Assembly (NCBI GenBank): GCA_000708835.1 | Contig: DF237114.1 | Coordinates: forward strand, 1-64,000 | Length of the DNA: 64,000 nucleotides | Direction: 5' to 3' | Source of the DNA: Klebsormidium nitens | Lineage: Eukaryota > Plantae > Klebsormidiophyceae | In this document: piece after piece, positions 12,200-24,162 of the stretch | How positions within the stretch are numbered: the stretch's first letter is position 1 | Layout: each line of letters starts with the position of its first letter | Translations under genes and position numbers: made by a program | Notes under the pieces: generated by a model | What the model was told of the DNA's origin: nothing | What the model saw: the letters and a program-made list of their open reading frames with translations, nothing else | The model's database searches: none

Positions 12200-13700
12200 C
12201 TGCAACGTGAGCTCTGTTACATCAATTCGCAGTCAACCCATGCGGCTCTTGGCTCCAGTTTCAACTTATTTGAGACTCGAAATTTCCCGCCAGGCGTCCC
12301 GGCAGCAAGAAGATGCCGATCATCTGGCCAATGCAACACGGAGAACTCAGTCGATCTTAGACTCCGAGTCCGCTTGCGCCCGAAGATGAGTACAGCTGAC
12401 ATTGTGTGAGATTCGAGCCTGGCAGACCACATCTTTCTTTCGTGCTGGTAAGGTCCAAACGTAAGGGGACAGCTTCGCATCTGGGGGCTCGCTCGTGAAG
12501 GCAATGGTAGCCACATTGGACCTTGAGCTGGTGAGAAGCGGCCTTCCATATTCTATAGTTGCTAACAATAATCCCGACCAGTACGAGCCTGTCGTTGCAG
12601 ATAACATCAAATGTTTACAGATCCCTTCGCGCAACCGAATTTCGACGTCGCTTTGGACAACTTCCATGCAGGCTCGGCACGCGATGCACTAGCAGAACTA
12701 AGCGCATGGGCATGGAAGCAAAGTTCACGTTCTCACTTTCTGGAGTCGGGCCAGCATCATCTGGTTCGTTTTCAACGGTATGTTGCACTCGTCCTGGGAG
12801 ACGCACAATTTCAGATCGAGACGTTCATAGGGGTCTATTCTACCAGGCGTAGGCTCGTTCATACGTGCCTGGAAACTGGCAGTAGTTCCGAAGCCCATGC
12901 ATACCATGTCGAATCATTCAATTACAAATGCAGGCGGTGTACAACAAATTGAATCAAGGCGTGTCGTTGCTAAGACTGCAGTTGCTAGGTCTCCTATATA
13001 CTAGCCACAGTCGGCATGACTTAATACTTGCCAGGTCTAACATATATCAATGCAAGCCTAGCACATGATGTTTCTGAGTGCTTAATCGTCCGATCCCACG
13101 TGACGTACTAACAAATGTAAAAAACTGAGAGGGCCCACATAGTGATTCCGATGCATGATCGGCGGACTGTCAGTGTCAGCGTGTGCGATTTTGTATTGAA
13201 ACTTGAAACTCACAGTCGGTTCTCTATCTTGAGTCCATTGCCAAGTTAGATTGACTTCGTTTCCCACATGTTGAATAACTGTTGTTTACTCGTCCAGCTT
13301 CACTTATTTGCCAATTCATGAACCGGCCAGTAACTTTGGCTGCGTTGCACATGTCATACCAGGTCCCGTCCTTGTCCAGGAACAGCTGACCATATGCATG
13401 TACCATTGCAACCAATCACGCGCATGCGATTGGCTTTTACTAAGCCAACCGAGAGTGTTGCTGTGGAACCGACTGGACGGTCAAACGACATGAAGTTGGA
13501 GCTCGAGTTGACTCAGCAAGATTCGAAAACAGTGGCTAAAGAAGGCCCTCTCAAGAGCTTGATAAAACGGGACGCTCGACGAATTGTGCCAGAGACGCCT
13601 TCCTTTCAAGACAATAGGCTAATCCGTGTCACGACAGACATCTGCGACGACAGTACGTGTTCGGTACATCCTCTACAACAAAACAACGCAGTGAAAGCTG
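12200..13700 (-). pseudogene. Possible decayed gene of unknown family
   Basis: A chain of overlapping protein-like short ORFs on the - strand (13415-13224, 13267-13082, 12907-12725, 12667-12347) is linked by apparent frameshifts. No recognisable domain. Confidence 0.25.
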
Positions 13701-13835
13701 TAATAAGCAAACACTAAACAATAAGCTACGGTAGCCAACCGTCACACCGGCTCGTCTCTTTCTACATCCGACTTTTGACGAGCACCAAAAACCTGCACCA
13801 AAAGCCCGACCCTACAGTGGTATTCGAAGCCGCCG

Positions 13836-16800
13836 CTATAACGACTCTCCCTGCGACCCGGGGCGCACAAACTGCTGTACAGCGTTGGGGAACGTCGCCT
13901 GCCGCACGAACTGCCCGCGTATCCGCGGCCGCTGCTCGGCCAGACGCTTCCGGCTCTGGTACCGCACCTTCTTCTCAAAGTTCCGTTCCTTTCTCTTCTG
14001 GCGGAACTTGTTCAGCGCCGCCTCCCTTCTTGCTGACCGGTCCACTTCCTCCATCCCGTCGAGCGCCATATCACTCGCGCCAGCCTGGGGGGCGTGCGCG
14101 GGAGTCTGCTGATTTGCCTCAGCCCCCGTTCCGCTAGCGCCGGTTCCGGTTCCGGTCTCAGTAGTAGCTCCGCTCCCCGGAGTGGCGGAACTCCGGCCGT
14201 TGGAGCCGAAGTTGGACCCGCCACCGCTGGTGTTGTTGGCGTTGCTCTGGCCGCCGCTGCTGTTGGGGTTGTCGCTGCCCCCACTGGTGTCAAGACCGTC
14301 CATCCTGCAAAAAAAGCCAGATGCGTACTTTCAGAGGCCAGTCCAAGAGTGGCGGGAAGAGGCAAAACTGAAAGAACTTTGGAGCACACGCTCGCCTCCA
14401 ATACAAGGCGTCGATCTGCAGTCATGATTGGATGCCAGAAAACGAGATGAATTGCAGCCAGCGGACTCGTCCTGAAAACGAGCCAAATCTGCTCAAGCTA
14501 TCACCAAAAGCAACTCAACTCAGGTGCAAACCACAAGCACAAGTCGCAAAAAGGTCTCATAGACAACAGCAAGAACAGCGTTCTCAAAGGTGTCCTCCAG
14601 ATCCTCACCTATGGGACTCGCGCTTCTCCATGTGCTCTGCCCGGTCCAAATGCGCCGCCACTTTCCCCGCCTGCTCGGCCCTGCTCTGCGCAATCTCCTG
14701 CCGGCTGCTCCCGGCCAACCCCGATTCGCCACCTGGCGCGTCCGCAGCCCGCGTCGCCTGCGGGTGGGACACCTTGTGGTGGTTGTGCTTGGGGTGGCGC
14801 TCCGGCGGGCCGTCGTGATGACGTGGCGAGGCGTCATGATGACGTTGGTTGGCGTCATGGTGGTGGGTGTGGTGGTGATGATGATGGTGATGATGGATGC
14901 TGACGTCTTTGGGGTTTTGGGGCTTGGCAGGGGGGAGGGGAGGGTTGGGGGGGTCCTTTCGGGGGGGAGCCGAGTTCCAGGTCGGGGCGGTGCCTGACGA
15001 AGGGAGTAAAGAAGAAAGAATCAGCAATAGTGAAGCGGAACAATACTCCATGCAAAAAGGCAATCCGGCCCCGGATGAGAAGAAGAGGAAAGCGGGAGTT
15101 TGCAGTACCACGAATTGAATCGAAAAGGAAGAAGGACGAAGGAGGAGACTAAAGCAGAAACATCAATGAAAACCGTGCTTTCAATAGCTGGTCTGAAAGA
15201 GAAACCGTCTCGTATTTGTTCAAGCTAACACGAGCAAACCAAGAACCTCATATTAACTCGACATCGTCAATCACCTGTGTTCTGGGGCTGGAAGTAGTAG
15301 CCGAAGTGGGGCGGGAACGGCCCAAATCCAGGTTCCGGGAAGCCTGGCGGCATGAACCCCTGCGGCGGAATCGTCATTGACGACGGCCCAAGCGGGCCTG
15401 CCGAGTACTCTTCTTTCATCTGGGGGGGTGCTGGCCCAGCTGGCTCTGCCCCCCAACCGCCGGTCTGACGCTTTGCAGCGCTTGATACTTCGCCGCTTCC
15501 CAGTCTCGAAGGACCTTGCATCTCGGGGCCGGCTTCGACAGTGCGGGGGTTGCTGAAATCAGGGGGGAGAAGGTGCGTCGGCATTTGAAAAGCGGACGGC
15601 ATTTGGAACTCCGGGGGCATGAAGGAACCCATCGCCGAGCCTCCATTGTGGGGGGGTCCAATCGGCCCTGAGGAGTAACCCCCAACGTGCTGCGACTGCG
15701 GCGGCTGGTTCTGGCTCTGCCGTGAAGAATTGGTCATTGCCCCCCCCATTGAGTACCGGGAAAATGCAGACCCCCCAGATTGGCGAAGCGTACGCATCTG
15801 CTGCTTTGAGGGGGGCTGTGCCTCCTCTGAGCTGTCCCCTGCCGGCCGCCCCCTCTTGAGAGAAAGCTCCAAACCCGGCATCGGACCCCTTCCTTCCCCG
15901 TCCTCGCTGAAAACCCCCCCTCTCTCTGCCCCTGCCGGCTGACACCCTTCGCCCCCCCTGGGAGATGTAATCTCAACCGCCTTCTCTTCTACAAAATTAC
16001 CAATCAAATCGGCAGCCTTCTCTGAACTTCTGGAGGGACTGCCTTCTTCCTCCTCAGGCCGCCTCGTGCTACCAACCCCCGCGTCACCCCCCCTCTCCCG
16101 CATCGGCTGGCCCCTGGAAACCTCCTCCCTCCTGGACCCGTCCTTCCCCCCCACCGTCTGCAGCAGATTCTCTACCCGCCGCTCTGGCGTCTCTTCCCTC
16201 TGCACCTCAAGAGCTTTCTCTTCCAGAGGCGGAGACGTCTCCCCCCCATCCCCGTTAGCAAAGACCTTCTCATCAGGAACCGGGCTGCTCTCATTACGAG
16301 TCCCGCTTCCATTGTCTGAACCGTTTCCCCCGACATTGACCTGCCCGCCCGCGCTGTCTGACCCGCTCCCCGAGCGATCCCCTGAACCGTCGCGCACACG
16401 GCCGCGCTCCTTCCTTGGCACTTTTGTTGCAGCATTCGTTCCAGAGCCGCCACTGCCGCTGCCGCTTGACTGCACGGAAAGCGTTTGCAACTCAGCTCTA
16501 ACCGTCTGTGCAAATCAGACTCAAAAGTTGAGATGTCCAGTGCTACGGTACAAGTCAAAAGTTGAGAGACGTCGACTTATCAAAAACAGCAATTTTTCCA
16601 ATGCCGCTGTCGGACCAGTCTAGGCTTTGCTGATGTGAACAGTAGCCACTTTTCTTCATTTACAGAATCTTTGAACAGACCCTCAAACCCACGCAAGTTC
16701 CCAGCATCAGTGTGGAAGGCCCTGTCTTACCATCAGCAAGAATAAGTCAGAAAGCAGATACTCCCAAAAGTCTACATTGTTAGATAAGCACGACCAGGAC

Positions 16801-19378
16801 CAAGTGAGGGTAGACCACTCACGCTTTTGCACCGCCGCCAAACGTGCTGCCAGAGGTTCTTGAGCTCATTCTTCCTGACAGGCTTGACCAGGAAGTCAGC
16901 GGCCCCCCGCTGGAAGCACTTGAAGACCACATCGGTGGCGTCTTTGGAGGACATCACTGCAGAGGAGGAGAAAGCAAATGATCAGAACAACTGTCTCATG
17001 AGGGGGTATCTTGACTTTTCCTCTGAAGGTTACCCCTTTCTCAACAGAACACATACAAACTTGCTTCTGTAAGAGGGTTTATAATTACAAGCAGTGAGGA
17101 GTGACAATCATCATGATTAACCAGGGATGTTCACTTGTTGGCCAACCTCTGGAGTAGAGTTGGCCAATAAACCCGGATCACAAACCAAGCACCCACATCT
17201 TAAAGCACACGATCAACCTCGTGCATCAAAACTGCGTTATGAAAAAATACATACGACAAATAGAGAGCAGCACACTCAGCTCGTCTTCAAATTGCTTGAT
17301 CAACTCGGACAAACTTGCTGATTGAAAAGCGGCAATCTCAAGAGAAGCCACAAAGAGGAGGGGAAAGGCCTTTGGAATGTACACGAGTAGGTTTCTCACT
17401 AATGACTGGCATCCGCTTGTGTTGATCACGTTGCTGGATCCTTGACAGCAGCTGAATGCCGCTAAGGCCAGGCATGACAACCTCAGTCAGCACAAGGTCG
17501 AACTGCTTCATCTTGTCAGAGAGCAGCTTCAACGCCTGGAACCCATCCGCGGCGGGGGTGACTGCAGGTTAAGCAAACAGGTTAGCAATGGGTTGATCCT
17601 CGAGACTGAGCAATCTAGCCTGGCCTTCAATAAACCCCGAGTGATGAACGGAGGTTAGAGTGATCCATCTGACATTTGGAGGGCTTCTTGAAGGTCGCCC
17701 AATTTGATGCGTGCTGTATCTAGGCCGTCAAAGGGGGGGGGGTACCAAATTTATCTTGTACTTGTATCTGACCGGGTCGAATGGCTAATAGTACAAGAGG
17801 GGGCTCTGACCATCTGAACAGCTAGGCACGCCTTGGCCCCCTGTTTCAAGGCCTTCTCCAGGTTGCGATAAAGCACCCTCCCTGATCAGCTTTCCAAGAA
17901 CCTCAGCTCCTAGTACTATCTACTCTTCAAACCTCAGGGACGTACTTGATCCTTGCCTTTGAGTCCTGCTCGACAATCTCCAGGTCTCAAGCATTCGAAC
18001 ATAACTAAGTCAATGCCAGTCCCTGAACCAGTAGCGGCTGCAAAATCCAGTCTTCCCATCAAACTGTTTCTGAGGTCTCTACAATATCACCCTCCTATCC
18101 GTTCAATGTCTACTCAAGAAGTCCGTTGCCAGCCCCTTGTCAATACGCCTAGGAAGAGTTGGCCAATCTCCGTTGTGGATGCTAAGCTGACCAGCAGACA
18201 AGAGCAGTATACAGAGGGACAGTGAACCTTTCTCAACGCTTGGGGTGCAACTATGACTGCTTGAAATCATTCGTTCAAGCAATCCGCTCAAGGGAACCTG
18301 CATTTGGCGCAGAGTGCAATGAAACTATGCTCCCAAGCACTTCCTGGTATCATGGAAATGCTCGATAGTTATCCCGCTGTGCCTTTCAGAGATGAATGCT
18401 ATGCATAGCCCTGATTGACCAGAGTCAAAGACATCCATTTTAGAGCATCTGGCACTTGATTGTTCCCCTATTACAGCTGATGGCCCTGACTAAAGCTCAG
18501 AAGATATAATTCCCAGCTTGACACCACAGATGACAAAATCAGTCCCACTTCAACTGGACCCCGAATGTCACAGGCCACTGCAATTTGAGCACCTATGACT
18601 GAGACCAAAGACAGGCTGAAAGGAGGTTCAGAGAGGTTCCAATCTGAGGGAAGGCTTGCCACACACCTTCATAGCCACAATTCCTCAGCAGCGCGGCCAC
18701 AACATGCCTCGTGCAATCATCGTCCTCAACCAGCAGCACCCTCAAATGCTTTGAAGGCAGGGTCGCCTGCCAACTTCCATCCAAATCATCGACCTCATCC
18801 AACCCTTCCCCCTCCTCATCGTCGACATCTGCCTCATCCTCATCAGAAGACTCCAACATATAAACCTTGGCAGGCACCCTTCGATCCCGGCCCCCCCTCT
18901 CTGGCTCCTGCTCAGTCTCTCCCCCCCTGACCTGCATCTCCCCTACATTTCTACCGACATCCAATCTGGCCTTTCCGTCCTCCAGCCCTGTGTTAGCCAC
19001 AGTCCGAGCAACCTCATCCACAACCCTCTCCTGCATCACAGGCTCCTGAGTCCCCTCCCCATCCCCACTCGAACCGGCACACCCCTGCTGACCGCTGGAG
19101 TTGCCCATCTCGGTGTCCATACCACTGGGGCCACTCCCAGTGCCGCTGCCCCCGCCCTTTCTGTGCTCCACGGCCCGTTTCTCATTGCTGCCATTCTCTA
19201 CCTGGCCCAACTCTGGGGTTTCTGAGCCGTCTCTCCCCTGCTCTTCCTGCGAGTGTCTGGATCCCTGCTCTGTGCCCACCTCACGAGGACTCTCTACCGT
19301 CTGTCTGTTTGACCGTCCCGTTGATGTCTGGTGGGGGCCACCGGCCCCTGTGTTCTGTCTCTGCAGTCCGCCAGTCAT
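13836..19378 (-). CDS. PRR: Circadian pseudo-response regulator, PRR7/PRR3-like (pseudo-receiver + CCT), 1018 aa
   Basis: Exons 19378-18667, 17561-17400, 16956-16823, 16469-15275, 14993-14609 and 14304-13836 (3057 nt, in frame, GT-AG). Receiver-like: [27 protein letters not shown]...[11 protein letters not shown]...MPVIMMSS...[25 protein letters not shown]. Linker motifs [23 protein letters not shown]: [43 protein letters not shown]. Confidence 0.95.
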
Positions 19379-19640
19379 GACAGGTCTGGATCTTCTTGCA
19401 TAATTCGACCGCTCAAACGTCTCGAAAACCGCAAGCAAACGCCTTGCTGCGTACCGCAAAGAAGGCGTTACAAACACAAGCTTTCCTCCGCCAGCAACTT
19501 CAGCTCTGGATACCGGTAACAAGGATACTTTCTGGAAGCCCTTGCCCTTCGCCAGATGTCCCTTGCAACGTTCGCTCAGATATCATCGTCTCTGTGGAGG
19601 CTTGTCAGCCATTTCTTCTCCAAGCGCTTTTCCCTGCTGA

Positions 19641-20051
19641 AGATATTTGCCTTAGCGTATCCTGCGATTTTAGAATCGCTCGCGAAGAGGTTCCTCGTGA
19701 TGTGGACCCACGAGGGCCGTGCAAAAGATTTGGCACGAGGGTTCCACAGAGTCAGCCAATCGCGGAAAGGCTAAAGATCGGTCTGTTGCTGATAAATATC
19801 TAGAATTGTCCTCTGAAAGTTCGCCTGCAAACCGGCCAGCTTGTCCCACAAAATCTCAGGATACGCGGCTGTCCGGGAGAGGACTGACAAGAGATAACCG
19901 TCAAATCCCGTTATGGAAACTGGTTGCGGTTAGGAGCGCGCGGAATTTGTATGACGTGGCATAAAGTGAACTCGCACCGTCCAATCGATCGAGCCAGATG
20001 GACTGCTTGTAACCGCAAGATGCTCAAGGCAGTCGCATACCAACACGTGGC
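19641..20051 (-). promoter_or_regulatory. Clock/light-type motif cluster upstream of PRR
   Basis: AGATATTT 19641-19648 and AAATATCT 19794-19801 (evening-element core), AAAATCT 19850-19856 (CBS-like), TGACGTGG 19952-19959 and ACACGTGGC 20043-20051 (G-box), all 260-670 bp upstream of the ATG. Confidence 0.5.
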
Positions 20052-21039
20052 AGATGTCACTTTTCACTGACATGAGAATGTGCGGTTGAGATGTTGATCG
20101 ACGGTTAGGGTTCCGGCTTGAAGCATCCCTCGGGCACAGGCTCCGGTCTTGTGGTCTTGAGACTGGTCATGCTGTAGACTTGAGAATTTCTTGTGCTCTT
20201 CCCTCTCGCAACGTTGTGCATGAGACATGGTGAGAAGGGCGTGAGAACATTATCACGATCACTATCTACAGCTTATAGTCCGACAAAAACTTTGTATGTC
20301 ACAACGTGACAGGCGAACAGCGGCTGCATGTGGCTTGATGGGCCGGCTCGATCATGCAATCTGACCATTGACAACATCGAGTTAGATTGAGGTCGGACAT
20401 GACTTACAGCCATAGCAAGCTGTAGAGTCAACAAACTATCCCGGGTCTGCCGGAGACCATGCTCCATGGCTCTATAACGTGGCTATAAGGGCGTTAATAA
20501 ATGAGAAGTTACCATCGATCATCACGATATCATGAGAAGCCTATGGCCCTACTGGCTACGGCGTATTTGAAAAGAGACGTCGGAACGAGACGTCGGAATA
20601 TGACCTCGTCAGCTGAGGCCATGCAGAGTGCATGAGGTGTCGGACCCCCCCGGGGTTACCGGGCCCTTCCAATGATGCCCATTGGCTCATGCATGGAAAT
20701 CACTCGTGAGTCGAATCCTCCCGATTGTTCCTTCAAATAGTGAGGACTAATATAGTAGTCCAGTTAGGTCGAGCAAGGTGCCGCGCAGAGTATTGTATTG
20801 ACGGTGAGCTTGTACATCGATTCGATAAAAGCTAATTGGAAGGATTATAAGCTGTAATTAGTGATCGTGATAGTATATCTCACGAAATGTTGCAATACAC
20901 TGTGACGAGCCAACTCAAGGATCGGAAAGTACATGCTTGACAAATATGTAGGAACGGTTCAGAGAGTTGACCGAGTGTTACCGAGCCTACTAGAAGATCA
21001 AGCATAATACTACAGTCGCAGTAAGTTGAACTGATCATG

Positions 21040-21483
21040 CCCGGGTAGGCAACTCATATTTAAAACGTACAGGTGATCGGCTGGGACCGCCAGAAAAGTG
21101 TGGGTCCCTACATGGTTATAAACATGGTTAAAACACGGAAAAACACGAAAAACACGGTTTAAACATGTTTTTCGGGTTTAAATATGTTTTAACCATGTTT
21201 TAAACAATAAACATGTTTGTTTATAATGTTAATTGCACTCAGAAAATCATGGCTTCGCCCGATGACATGTACAAACATCATTTGATGTTTTAAACATGTT
21301 TGTCGATGTTTATAAATCTCTGGGGGGGGCAGATTTTGAAACCAAGTATGTTTTTGAAAAGCTCTCAACGAGCTCGTATTGAAAACAAGAATGAATATGT
21401 TAGAATATGCAGTGATAACGAGATAAACATTGTTTCATCTCAAAAACATTGCTCGGGTTTAAGACCCTAGTTGCCTACCCGGG
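21040..21483. mobile_element. Non-autonomous DNA transposon (MITE), 444 bp, 15-bp TIR, 8-bp TSD
   Basis: CCCGGGTAGGCAACT (21040-21054) and AGTTGCCTACCCGGG (21469-21483) are perfect inverted repeats. TGATCATG flanks both sides (21032-21039, 21484-21491). The interior is AT-rich and non-coding. Confidence 0.87.
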
Positions 21484-22265
21484 TGATCATGAGTGAAATG
21501 TGCCTACCACTTCTAGCTTGGTATTCAGTAAGTTTCGACGTAGATTGGAGAACCTGAAAAGAAGACAAATAGGTGTAGTGCAAATACTTTAGCAAACAGC
21601 TTTTGCAATGTGCGTCCAGGTCATGTGCAATGTAGTTTGGGATGGAACCATGTCTCGGTCGGTGTCACAATCATTAAGGTGACAACAAGCGTAAAGCTGG
21701 CTCTCCGAACTGCATCATATGCGACCAGCCCTTTTGTTGAGACTTTGTCGAGGCGGCCTATATATGCGAAAATCTGACTCAACCACCTTGGGCCCAAGGA
21801 GGAACGTGCATGTGGGCCCAGTTGACGACAGAAGTGTCTATAAGTTGATCACTCGGACAAAATACCAGGGATTCAACACGACTGATCAAAAGCGTTACAA
21901 AAAAGGGCACTGACGTCTCTTATTTGGAACCCGGAGTTACTTTGAGATGTTCTTCAACTTCGTCAAAAGACCTTTGGCATCAATGCTTGCAGAAGGGAAC
22001 ATGCATCTCTCGTACTCGATGAGACGTAGATAACGAGAAATGGACGTCATTAATCTAGGAGCGAAGACTTGCAAACGGCTTACCACAGGTCTCAAAGAAC
22101 GAAGTCCTTGCCAGCGTTGTTCAAGACTCGCTTGAACTTTGGACTAGGAGACGAGGCTTCACAGGCACACAGGGCCACTAGTGATGGAAAAACCGCCCAG
22201 ACTGGTCGTCCACATGTGTCGACCTGCAGCAAGAATCGACACGCCCTAAGCAAGGGGACAGGTAA

Positions 22266-22348
22266 GGGATTGAAACTCAAAAGAGATTAGAACTCTTAAG
22301 AGATTGGAACTCAGAAGGTTCTGGAACTCATAAGGGAGTGGAAATCAT
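22266..22348. repeat. Short degenerate minisatellite, ~17-bp period, ~5 units
   Basis: Units resemble GAGATTGGAACTCA(T/G)AA and start near 22266, 22283, 22300, 22317 and 22334. Confidence 0.6.
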
Positions 22349-23349
22349 GGTGATGGTATGCGTCTTCAAATTTACTTGAGATGACGCACAAACAAAGAGC
22401 CTTTGAATTTAAGCAGATCTCAATGTGGAACTCGGAAGGACAAGTAGCTAAGTCTGAGGCCCGAGCCAAGCGTGCTTCGCCGAAGCCAACCATGTCCAAA
22501 TTCTTAAGCACGAAACTGGAAACTTCATACCGTTTACAATAGAGTGGTGGGGGAGTGGAATTTCAAACATCGTCCAAGTGATGATCAATTACTAAGATGG
22601 TTGCCAGACGGGTCACTAGGGACTGTCTGGCGTCGAGCTTTATGACTTTCTTTGGAGGGCAGGTCATACGGTAGTCAATTTCATTGACAACCAGACAGCG
22701 AGCAGGGGCCATGGGATCTGAAGCGACACCATGCACAAGGCGCAAAAGGAAGAAAAGCATTCAGATAGCCTTTGATCAGATATATACAACTCTTTGTAGT
22801 CAATATCTTCTTGAAACACAATATCCAGAGTCTGCACATGTCGCCTGACCTCGTCGGTAGTTGACTTGCTGCCGACCCCACCAGCTATTGGGTGGTCATC
22901 AAGCTCGTTCGCACTGACCACCTTGTTACTGCAAGCGACCGCACATCAGTCTCTAAGATAGCAATAGATCTGCAAGATAGGGAAATATAATAAGGATTGG
23001 CTATGACACAGATTAGCAGTGGTAGATCTTCAAGACGGGGTAAAGGACTTGGTAAAAGAATGTGCGACAGACAGTTGAAAAACGGTTGATTGTGAAGACT
23101 TCTAGTATAGATGAAAAGTTGCCTGATGAGTGGCTGCCCTCGATGAGGTCACCCTCTTGTGTGGACAGCTATTTCAGAGTCCGCGTGAGAGCAGGTTTCT
23201 TTTTCGGTGAGATTTGGAAGGGTCAGGACATGAGCAGGGGAAAGACCAACAAAGTTGCTTGATTCAAATTGCACTTGCATATCATGTGCAAGCTTTCCTT
23301 CTACTTGGAGCCTTGAGTAACAGGAGAATAAGAATCTACTCTGGTACAA
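22311..23349 (-). pseudogene. Decayed LRR/RNI-like gene
   Basis: ORFs 22921-22664, 22760-22563 and 22511-22311 join through one frameshift (~22745) and one in-frame stop (22563-22565). The result is VQTLDIVF..YKELYISD..FLRLVHGV..RCLVVNE..KVIKLDAR..LKNLDMVGF, with LxxLxL-like periodicity. Confidence 0.35.
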
Positions 23350-24162
23350 AGAGCCAGCAGGTCATGCAGAATGTGAAAATGAGGTCAGTTGATAGCACAG
23401 GGCACAGAAGCCAGAAGTTTGATGTGGCGCCCAAGGAGTCTGCTATGGGATTTTAAGTTCTGTGCAAAGAGTACTTCCTGCAGATTTGTTAGTGGATAGA
23501 AATCGGTGCAAGTTACTCAATGTTTCAAGCACTGTTTCAAGCCTATGAGGCTATCGTTCACTACTACCTCACTTGGCAGCATTGGCCACGTGCCCATGCG
23601 ATTGATATATGAACTAAAGCATTCTTTGAGTCGACGGACATGAGAAAGTCTCACATTTATTGTCCCTTCTCACCAAAGGTTGCTGCCGAGGGCATGAGGC
23701 CCTCTTTGTTCTCCAACAGCCTACTGTATGCATCTGCATATGCCGTTCTGCACTATCCACATTGCGAAGCTCAGATGCTGTCAGTAAGCCCTAGACGTTT
23801 CAAGGAGCACCTTCGGACTTGTTGTGCTGCTCCAATTTCCTCTCGAAGTTGAGGGAAACCTCTAGCTGCAGAATGTAGAGCCTTGAGACTGTGCTCTTGC
23901 CATGCAGCTGGCGCCGTTTTGCTCGTCCGCTCGTAGGACGGTATTTGCAGCCTCGGCGGTTCGAAAGCTCGCGGCGGTATCGAATCGAAAATACCGCACA
24001 TTTGCCCTGCCCCGACGGAGAGTCGGGGAATTGGCGGTGTTTGGTAAAGGTCTGACTCCCATTCATTACCACGCAGTCTACAAAGAAGATCATCGTTCTG
24101 CCGCCGCTAGTTTCCTGTCCTTTTTGCCCTCACACTGCCAGCCTTTCCAAGAAAGATTCATA

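Noticed and set aside
18100-18303. Possible poison exon in PRR intron 1
   Set aside because: An acceptor-like TGCAG exists but the donor is weak and there is no transcript evidence.
22850-22900. GGVGSKST as a Walker A motif with LVVNEID as Walker B
   Set aside because: The spacing does not fit GxxxxGK[ST], and the surrounding sequence fits LRR-like periodicity better.
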